Shown here piece by piece: positions 9,601 to 17,743 of a DNA stretch of 64,000 nucleotides (the stretch's first letter is position 1; the number at the start of each line of letters is the position of its first letter). Where the stretch lies: the NCBI GenBank assembly GCA_033549025.1, contig JAWSUS010000017.1:1-64000 (forward strand). The letters are read 5' to 3'. This DNA comes from Desulfuromonadales bacterium (lineage in GTDB: Bacteria > Desulfobacterota > Desulfuromonadia > Desulfuromonadales > SZUA-540). The position numbers and the translations under genes were made by a program. The notes beneath the pieces were generated by a model. That model saw only the letters and a list, made by a program, of their open reading frames with translations. It made no database searches and was not told the DNA's origin.

Positions 9601-11249
9601 AATCCTTCTATAGCCTGCTGACGCTGCTGGCGGTGCTGCTTCTGGCCCCTGAAACCGGGGTGGCCGACATTCTGGCGACCAAACACAATCTTTCCGTCAG
9701 CGGCCCGGGCACGATCAAGGCGACGTCGGAAGACCGCGTCTGCGTTTTCTGTCATACCCCGCACCACGCCAGCGATGTCACCCCGCTCTGGAACAGGCAG
9801 ATGAGCAGCTCCATCTACAACCTCTATGCCTCGACGACCCTGGTCTCCTCTCCCGGCCAGCCCACCGGAGGGGCGCGACTCTGCCTGAGCTGTCATGACG
9901 GCACCATCGCCGTGGGGATGCTTTTCGGTCGACCGGATCCGGTTCCTATGACCGGGGGGATCGGTACCCTGCCTCCCGGCGGCAGCAATCTCGGCACCGA
10001 TCTGGCCGATGACCATCCCATCTCTATGGCCTATACGTCGTCCTTGGCCACTGAAAGGGGAGAACTGGTCGATCCGGCGCTGCTGCCGGTGGAGATTCAC
10101 CTTGAAGACGGGATGATGCTGCAGTGCACCGCCTGCCACAATCCCCATAAAGACCCTTACGGCATGTTTCTGGTCATGGACAACACTTACTCGGGATTGT
10201 GCACAAGCTGTCATGCGAAGACAGGATGGAGCGCCGGCAGCCATGCCACTGACGCTGCCATGGCGGAGATGGGCTGCCAGAACTGCCATGCGTCCCATGG
10301 GGCCACTGGCTTCAGTCACCTTTTGCGGGGGACGACGGAGGAGGGCAATTGTCTGGCCAACTGCCACAATGGCAGCGGTTCCGGGGTCGATACCCAGCGC
10401 GTTTTCAATAAACTGTATGTTCATCCCGTTACGGCGACGGCCGGGATACACGACATCCGTGAAAATCCAGGAACCATGGGCAAGCATGTGGAATGCCAAG
10501 ATTGTCACAATCCTCATCAGCTGAACGCTCAGGCGGCCCCCTTGTCGGCGGCGCCGGCTGTTAACGGCCGCCTCCAAGGCGTCTCAGGGGTCAACGCCAG
10601 CGGGACGCCGGTCGAAGAAGCGGTATATGAGTACGAGGTCTGCTTCAAATGCCACGCCGACAACCAGTTCGTTTACACCGTCTCCGTGCCCCGCGTCATC
10701 CAGGAGAGCAACGAACGCTTGCGCTTCGATCTGGCCAATCCTTCCTATCACCCGGTGGTCGGCTTGGGCAAAAACAGCCATGTGCCCAGCCTCAGACCCG
10801 AGTGGAGCGAGGCGGACTCTATCTATTGCGTGGACTGCCATGCCAGTGACGACAGTCTTAGAGCTGGCGGGACAGGTGCCGAAGGCCCGCATGGCTCCAT
10901 CTATCCTCATCTGCTGCTGGCCCAGTATGAACAGGACAGTTATCCCATGCCCTATGCCGCCAGCAACTACGCTCTCTGCTTCCGCTGCCACGACCCGGAT
11001 GTCCTCTTTAATCCCGCCGTTTCCACCTTTGGCAACAGTCATGTATCCCATGTTCAGGTCAAGCAGGTTCCTTGCTCGGCCTGTCATGACCCGCACGGTG
11101 TGCCAGTCGCCAGGGGGGCGACAGATACAGCCAATGCGCATCTGATTAACTTCGACACCCGCTTTGTCGATCCCCTCACCGCCAGTTATGACTCCGTGGC
11201 GAGAACCTGCACGGTCAGTTGTCATGTAAGTAATCCCAAACAGTATTGA
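9597..11249 (+). CDS. Multiheme cytochrome c (~12 hemes) with N-terminal OmcE-like tetraheme module
   Basis: GTG start overlapping the upstream stop (GTGA); 10 CxxCH plus 2 CX3CH; TKHNLS...CVFCHTPH...PLWNR...NLGTDLADDHP. Confidence 0.9.
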   Translation: MKSFYSLLTLLAVLLLAPETGVADILATKHNLSVSGPGTIKATSEDRVCVFCHTPHHASDVTPLWNRQMSSSIYNLYASTTLVSSPGQPTGGARLCLSCHDGTIAVGMLFGRPDPVPMTGGIGTLPPGGSNLGTDLADDHPISMAYTSSLATERGELVDPALLPVEIHLEDGMMLQCTACHNPHKDPYGMFLVMDNTYSGLCTSCHAKTGWSAGSHATDAAMAEMGCQNCHASHGATGFSHLLRGTTEEGNCLANCHNGSGSGVDTQRVFNKLYVHPVTATAGIHDIRENPGTMGKHVECQDCHNPHQLNAQAAPLSAAPAVNGRLQGVSGVNASGTPVEEAVYEYEVCFKCHADNQFVYTVSVPRVIQESNERLRFDLANPSYHPVVGLGKNSHVPSLRPEWSEADSIYCVDCHASDDSLRAGGTGAEGPHGSIYPHLLLAQYEQDSYPMPYAASNYALCFRCHDPDVLFNPAVSTFGNSHVSHVQVKQVPCSACHDPHGVPVARGATDTANAHLINFDTRFVDPLTASYDSVARTCTVSCHVSNPKQY

Positions 11250-11271
11250 AAAACAATTTTAATCATGGTGA

Positions 11272-11303
11272 AAAGCCACCTCTCTTGGCAGGGAGGTGGC
11301 TTT
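11272..11303 (+). terminator. Rho-independent terminator
   Basis: AAAGCCACCTCTC-ttggca-GGGAGGTGGCTTT. Confidence 0.65.
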
Positions 11304-11462
11304 CTCATTGGTGATTTCCCCCTTTTTTGCGAGTGAATTAGGGGAAACCCTTCACTCCCCCCTCATGGTGAAAAAAACAAAGGAAATTCAGCCTTTTAAA
11401 AAAAGATTAAAATGTCGGTAACTTGCGTAAAAATCGCGGGATTTGGCAGGTTGAATTGTGTA

Positions 11463-11479
11463 AAGGCACAGTTGGTGCA
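11463..11479 (+). promoter_or_regulatory. Probable sigma54 promoter of selenocytochrome 1
   Basis: AAGGCACAGTTGGTGCA (GGCAC, GG-N10-GC). Confidence 0.55.
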
Positions 11480-11660
11480 GAAATGGCTTCAAACGTTCGG
11501 CTCAAACTCTTTAAACAGTCAGACCCTCTTTATGGCGTTCCCCAAAAACCCATAAACCGGTCCCGGCCCATGGAGGTGCCCTCTCACAGAATAGTTCACT
11601 CGTATTGGACATAAAACGTGTACCAAATCCAACAAGTGATACTCAAGGAGAAGCATTAAA

Positions 11661-14600
11661 ATGATAAAGATTTTGAAAAGAGCGCGAACGTATCAGCTGG
11701 TGTTGTCCTCGCTGATGCTCTGTCTATTGGGGGCCGGCAGTGCCCTGGCCCTGGTTCATCCCGATGTCGTCCTGCGTGGACCAGGGGGCGAGTACATTGA
11801 TCTGAGTGCCGCCGGGGCGCAGCCCGCTTACAGCTCCCAGAACACCTGCGGCGGCTGCCACACCTATGCGAATATCGAGCAGCATTCCTATCATGTCCAG
11901 CTCGGGGCCAACCAGCAGATGGGTTGGGATATGTGGAACCCCGATTCCTCCAACACCTACAAATCCGGTGTGGCACCCAAAGGTAAGAACTGGGTGCAGA
12001 GCCCCGGCCACGTAGGCAAGTGGTGACCGCCCTCCGCTCGCCAGTTGGCGAGACTCTTCGAAGGCAACAGCGGTACCTCCAGCTACGATCCTCTTACGGG
12101 CAAATTTAATGAAGTCAATTCGCTGCTGAACAGTGCCGGCGAACTGATGAAACCCTTCAAGTATGCTGATCCGACCGACTTCGCTAAAAAAGTCGACCTG
12201 TCGCTGGCCGGCAACATGATGGACTGCGGCGAGTGTCACGTCGGCGGCGGCGCCATGCAGTATGTGCCTTACACCGTGTTGGGCGCACGCACCTCCCTGC
12301 GCGACATCAAGAACGTCAATGTCAACGGTTTCGCACCGATTAGCAAGACCGATATCACCGCCTTCAACTACTTCATCGATAACTACGACGTCGATGGCGA
12401 TGGCGACAAGAATGAAGTGATGCATATCGATTATGCCAATACAGGCGTGATGGAAGTCGACTGCTTCATGTGCCACCAGCAGGGCTACCAGTATGAGGAG
12501 CGCAATTCCGTGCTGCGCAAGGCCAAGATCGATGCCACCCGCGCGGTTGGCGCCGGCATCGCCATGGAGAACACCATGGTGTGGTCTCCAGCTGCAGATG
12601 AAGCCCCTGCCGGCTACGGCAACACCGTTGTTTATGACGCCTCAAAGCTGGCTGAGGATGTAAACGGCCATGCCATCATTCCTTCGAGCTTTTTCGCTAA
12701 TTTCGTCAAGCGTACGCCGGCTTCGGAAAACTGCGCTTCCTGTCATATGGGGGAATACGCCGTGGACTGGAAGAAGCGCGGCGACCATTGGGAAGGTGAG
12801 CACGATTACGAAGTGCATTACATGTACGGGTGCATGGGCTGCCACGAGCGTATGCCGACAGCCGCTCAGCCCGGTCCCTTCACCTCAGAGGACGGCGGAC
12901 TCTATCCTCAGATGGGAACGGGACTGCTCGGCCACGATCCGGCCAAGGGGAATGCCCCTTACAGTTCACTCTATAACGGCAACGACACCGCAGCGTTCAA
13001 GGGCTGTGAGGGGTGTCACCTGACCGGCACCAACGGCGCCGAACAGTTCGGCGCGCCCGATCCCACCGCGGCTCACCAGGCGGCCGGCCTGACCGCCCGT
13101 ATCGTACAGAGCGGTATAGACGGGGTCGCCAATATCAGTCACATCGACCTGATGGATTGCTCGGCCTGCCATAGCCGCAAAATCTCCAGCAGCGTGTGGA
13201 ACACCGGCGGCGCGGTGGTCGATGCCACGGGCGCCGACCCGGTCGGTCGTCTGGCCGATCATGAGAACCAATACGTCGACCGTAACAATATGACCGACCG
13301 TACCGGCCTGTCCTGGTACAACGGCAAACTGCTGCGCGTCGGTATCCTCAACACCATGTTCTACCGTGACAAGAACGACATCGACTTTGACGCCAACCTC
13401 GATGGCCGCGGTGGTGGCATGGATGCGCTACTCATGACCCAGGTGCTGGCCGTCAATGAGGCCAACGGCTGGAAATCCCTTACCGAAGACACCCATGGCA
13501 ACGTGACGGCGGCGGTGATCGATGCCCGTGTTGCCACCATGAACGCCGCGGTCGATGCCTGGGCCGGCGTTACCGGCAAGGCCCAGACTAAACTGTCCTT
13601 CATGGGGGTCCCCTTCAAGGATCAGCACAGCGTATCCCCCGCGGCGCTGGCCTGGGGCGCAAACGGCTGCGCCGACTGTCATGCCGCTGGTTCTGAGTTC
13701 TACCGTGGTGCCATGCGCATGGTCGGCGATGACATGACCATGTACTGGAACGATGACTTCGTCCCCTACACCAAAGCCAACGGCTCCACGCAACCCACGG
13801 ACTTTCACCCCAATACCAAGAACAAGGTCGCCAATCGCTCCATCGCCGTGACGGCGACTAACGGCACCCTCAGTCTGGACGCCGACGGGGATGGCACGCC
13901 GGAAAGCTACAAGACGGTGCGGGATGTGGACCGTTCCGAAGCTCTGTACGAAGGCACCTTCATGACCAATGCCGACTTTGCCGACTCTTACAGTTCAACG
14001 GGAGCGATCGGGTTTGCCGGGAACGAAAAAGGGTGGCTGCTGAAGGTTCAGGCCAAAGATACCGCAACGGGTGTCATCACCACCCGCACCCGGGCCGTTT
14101 CCGGCAACGTGGCCGATTTGACCGCTCTGCTGGCCAATCTGGGTGGCTTCGCTGCCGGTGATTTTGAATTCACCATTACAGAAAATGGGGCCGGGGGAAT
14201 CACCCTTACGGCGGATGCGGGGTACCAGATTCGACTGCATCCCCAGGCGGATTCGGGCAATTTTGTGATTGCCAATGCCCAGTGGAAAGCTGCTCCTGTC
14301 AAGGGCATCAACGGTGTCGATTACGCCGGTCGCGACGCTTGGCTCGCTTATCTGGACACTCTCAACAATGCGGCGGCCTTTGGTATCGGTGTGGATCCGG
14401 TGGCGGTTTTCTCGGCGCCGACCACCGAGGTTACGGTCAACACGGCCTTTGACTTCGTGGCCGACATCAGCGTCAACACTCAGGGAACCTTCGCCTACTC
14501 CTGGCTGATCAACGACGGTAACGGCACGACCCTGACCGGCGCTACCGCCAGCCACACCTTCACCACGACCGGCAGCTTCCTGGTGACGCTGTATGTCGAG

Positions 14601-14936
14601 GACGAGGAGGGCAAACGCGCCGCTGACTCCAAGTACGTCAAGGTTGTGGCGCCGGCCCCTGACACCACCATCAGCTACAGTCAGATTGCCGGTACCAATA
14701 GTGCGGAAGTCACCTTCGGCAACATGCCGACGCACACCCGCCTGCTGCTCTACTGGGGCGACGGGACCTACCAGTGGGTGACGAATTCCGACCCGAGTCT
14801 GACGGTGACCAAGGCCTTCCGGGCCGTATCGACCTACGACAAGGGAACCTACTACCAGTACCTGACCCGTGTCTATGTCTACAACGGCAGTTCCCGCGTC
14901 GACTACGAGACGGCCACGATCACGCTGAATAAATAA
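11661..14936 (+). CDS. Selenocysteine-containing octaheme cytochrome c (OTR-like) with C-terminal PKD domain; 1091 aa, Sec122 at TGA 12024-12026
   Basis: ORFs 11661-12026 and 12045-14936 are in the same frame with only TGA between them (GKW-U-PPSARQLAR); SECIS-like hairpin 12037-12052; 1+7 CxxCH; only the upstream part has a signal peptide and RBS; paralog has the same arrangement. Confidence 0.85.
12037..12052 (+). promoter_or_regulatory. Bacterial SECIS-like hairpin 1
   Basis: CTCGCC-AGTT-GGCGAG, starts 10 nt after TGA, G in second loop position. Confidence 0.8.
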
Positions 14937-14940
14937 CCAT
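14373..14940 (+). repeat. Direct repeat copy 1 (PKD plus C-terminal domain), ungapped match to 20978-21545
   Basis: Constant offset 6605; 9 differences in 187 aa; 14520-14647 identical to 21125-21252. Confidence 0.95.
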
Positions 14941-15018
14941 CAACCTCAATCCGGGTCCGGCTTGCGTCGGACCCGGACAGACACCATTATTTAATCCAGT
15001 TGTTATGTGTAAGAAATG

Positions 15019-15050
15019 AAAAAGCCCGGGAATGACCCCCGGGCTTTTTT
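15019..15050. terminator. Bidirectional terminator between convergent genes
   Basis: AAAAAGCCCGGG-aatgacc-CCCGGGCTTTTTT. Confidence 0.8.
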
Positions 15051-15076
15051 CTGTCGTTGTCCTGCCAAACCGCAAT

Positions 15077-15745
15077 TTACAGGGTTTCCAGGTCCACCAA
15101 TCCCAGTTTGACCGCATAGCGCACCAGCTCGACCCGGCTGTGAATATCCATCTTTTTCATGAGATTGGCCCGGTGATTCTCTGCTGTTTTGGGACTGAGC
15201 CCCAACTGCTCGGCAATGGCCTTGGTGGTGTGCCCTTCCACGATCAGACGCATGACCTGTTGTTCGCGGGGGGAGAGCAAGCTGTAGCGTTCGTCGCTGC
15301 CCGATTCCTTGCCGTCACCGGAAACGAGTTGCCCCACGACTTCCTGGGAGACGTTGCCATCCAGGTAGTATTCCCCTCGCAGCAGCGTATCCATGGCCTG
15401 TACCAGTTTGGCGCTGGTGGCTTCTTTGACCACGTAGCCGTGGGCGCCGGCTTTGAATGCCTCGGCCACATACTCAAAGCGGGGGTGCATGCTGAGCATG
15501 AGAATTTTAACGCCACCCTGATTTTGAGCGATGCCCCGCGCTGCCTCGATACCTGTCATGTCTGGCAGGGAAACATCCATGGTCACCAGATCCGGACGCA
15601 GATCCTGAGCCAGTCTGAGAGCATCCTGGCCGTTGCCAGCCTCACCGATGACCGTGTAACTGCCGGTACGGGCTATCAGACTTTTGAGCCCCTCGCGAAA
15701 AAGAGGGTGATCGTCAACCAGTAGAACGCGTTTCTTGGGAGTCAT
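15077..15745 (-). CDS. NarL/NreC-family response regulator (REC plus LuxR HTH)
   Basis: VLLVDDHPLFREG; LSPREQQVMRL...LGLSPKTAENHRANLMKK. Confidence 0.95.
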   Translation of the reverse strand: MTPKKRVLLVDDHPLFREGLKSLIARTGSYTVIGEAGNGQDALRLAQDLRPDLVTMDVSLPDMTGIEAARGIAQNQGGVKILMLSMHPRFEYVAEAFKAGAHGYVVKEATSAKLVQAMDTLLRGEYYLDGNVSQEVVGQLVSGDGKESGSDERYSLLSPREQQVMRLIVEGHTTKAIAEQLGLSPKTAENHRANLMKKMDIHSRVELVRYAVKLGLVDLETL

Positions 15746-15775
15746 GGAGTCGTCCTGTCAAGATAAGGGTTATGG

Positions 15776-17185
15776 TCAATTCCCCAGTACGGGAATTTCA
15801 ATCAGGATGCGGGTGCCCTTGCCGGGCGCCGAGACAACCTTGAACTTGCCGTTAAGGAGCTGCACTCGTTCATACATACCCACCAGACCGAGCTTGTTGC
15901 CGTTGTTGATCGGATTCATTTGATCTTCGATGGTAAATCCGACGCCATCATCCTCAATTCGTAAAAAAATGTCAGGGTGGGAAGCCGTCAGTCGCATGGT
16001 GACCTGTCTCGCGCCGGCGTGTTTTACCACATTATTCAAAGACTCTTGGATGATACGGTAAATATTGATTTCCACATCGCTGTTGAGCTGGATCTCCTTC
16101 AACCCTCCTGTCTTGAAGTCGATATTCAAGGAGTGCATTGCCCGGACCTTCTTGATGTGGTCGTGGATCGCGTCGACCAGTCCGAGACGCTCAAGTGAAG
16201 AAGGTCGCAACGCTCCTGACAGTTTGCGCACAGAGTTGATGGAGGAAAGAATGTGGGCGTTGATGGCGGCCAGTCGTTTCTGGGCAGTTTCGGGTTGCGA
16301 GACGATATCTTCGGCGAGGGTTTCCGCCGCCATTTTGACGGCATTGAGTCGCTGGCCCAGGTCGTCGTGCAGTTCCCGCGAAATAAATTTGCGCTCGTCT
16401 TCCTGAGCGTTCAGAAGACGATGGGAAAGGGCGCGTATGCGCTGTTCCGATTCTTTTCGGCTGGTTATGTCGCGAGCAACCGCCAGCTTGGCGGGCTTGT
16501 TGATTCCAGGCATCCGGATGCCCATTTCGATGACCGAATACCAGGCCTTGTTGGCCTGGTTGAAAAATTCCTTGTAGAGCGGTTCCCCAGACTTGAATAC
16601 ATCATCGCGGCTGCAGTCTTCACACGGGGAGTCTGAACCGCGGCACAGCTTGTGACACGGATCTGTGTCGATGTTCCCATGGCAGGATGCCAGCATTTTT
16701 TGGTTGGCGTAGATGATTTTGTGGTCATCACTTACCACGTAGACGCGATCCTCCATGGCATCAAGGAGCAGACGCAGGGTTTGTTGGGAGACCACCATGG
16801 CCTCGGCCATAATTTGGCAATCCGTCTGGTCCTTGAAGGTGCCGACAATAGCCGGCCTTCCGTTGTGGCTTACCTTTTTGGTTTCGATCTCCATCCAGAA
16901 AATCGAGCCGTCCGTCCGGGAGGACGGCTGCGCCCAGCCGGCGTGGGGGATGTCTTCGGCAATCATTTTGTCGTGCATGTCCCTAAAAAGGTCGAGGGTG
17001 CCGGAATCGGGATAGACCTCTGAAAACAGGTCGCGGTGGAGCAGGCTGTCCCGGTCAGAAAAACCGAAAATGTCGGCAAAGCGCTGATTGAGATAGATCA
17101 GCTTGTTGTCCTGACAGACATAGGTCCCCAGGGTGAGGTTTTCTGCGATGGTGGTGCCCAGGCTGGGCTCGGCTGCAATCTGCAT
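15776..17185 (-). CDS. Cytoplasmic PAS-PAS histidine kinase (HisKA_3)
   Basis: AQEDERKFISRELHDDLGQ H-box; IQESLNNVVKHA; DDGVGF; no TM segments; Cys cluster in second PAS. Confidence 0.92.
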   Translation of the reverse strand: MQIAAEPSLGTTIAENLTLGTYVCQDNKLIYLNQRFADIFGFSDRDSLLHRDLFSEVYPDSGTLDLFRDMHDKMIAEDIPHAGWAQPSSRTDGSIFWMEIETKKVSHNGRPAIVGTFKDQTDCQIMAEAMVVSQQTLRLLLDAMEDRVYVVSDDHKIIYANQKMLASCHGNIDTDPCHKLCRGSDSPCEDCSRDDVFKSGEPLYKEFFNQANKAWYSVIEMGIRMPGINKPAKLAVARDITSRKESEQRIRALSHRLLNAQEDERKFISRELHDDLGQRLNAVKMAAETLAEDIVSQPETAQKRLAAINAHILSSINSVRKLSGALRPSSLERLGLVDAIHDHIKKVRAMHSLNIDFKTGGLKEIQLNSDVEINIYRIIQESLNNVVKHAGARQVTMRLTASHPDIFLRIEDDGVGFTIEDQMNPINNGNKLGLVGMYERVQLLNGKFKVVSAPGKGTRILIEIPVLGN

Positions 17186-17547
17186 GGTTTTCTGATCTCC
17201 TGCTGGGGGTGCGCTTTTCTGGGGAGGTACGGCTCGTGATCAAGAGCATCCAGGGCCAGACATTGTCTTATGGTCATTTACCCATATCTGGTTATATGAC
17301 CATCTCGCCCCTCTTTTTCACTGGGGTGCCGATCCTCAACCTTCATTTTGTAAAAGCCCCAAGTCTATGAGGGAAAGCCCTCGTTGAGTCTGGGGGGTAC
17401 GCCTCAGAATGAAAAAATATTTTCTAAAAACTGAGGCGATTGCTCTTTGAGGCCGTTCATATACTTTCTTTAATATCAATAAGATAGAATTTTCTTATTG
17501 TTTGCGTCTCATCCCGGGGCCGTTTATGGCCTGGGCCGCTCAGCTGC

Positions 17548-17564
17548 TTGGTATCGTGGTTGCT
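17548..17564 (+). promoter_or_regulatory. Sigma54 promoter of selenocytochrome 2
   Basis: TTGGTATCGTGGTTGCT (TGG-N10-GC, TTGCT). Confidence 0.75.
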
Positions 17565-17743
17565 ATACAGGATGTCAGCTCTTTTCTCTCATTCCTATGC
17601 AAACCGCTTGCCCAGCCTGGGTGATCCCCAAAATCAGCTGGTGAGGCCAGTGGAGAAAGGAAGGCCAAAGCCATTTCGGTTTTTCGTTTGAATGCATTCA
17701 CATTGGTGTGGAACTAACAAATGATGAAGAAAGGATAGACGCA

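Noticed and set aside
12024..12026. TGA as a nonsense mutation (pseudogene) or as genome-wide Trp/Gly reassignment
   Set aside because: Same position and hairpin in two divergent paralogs with otherwise intact frames; many normal genes here (bioF, bioH, bioC, hypF) end in TGA, so the code is standard.
12045..14936. Independent genes starting at TTG 12045 / GTG 18134
   Set aside because: No SD, start codons lie within the hairpins, and there is no signal peptide for a heme c protein.
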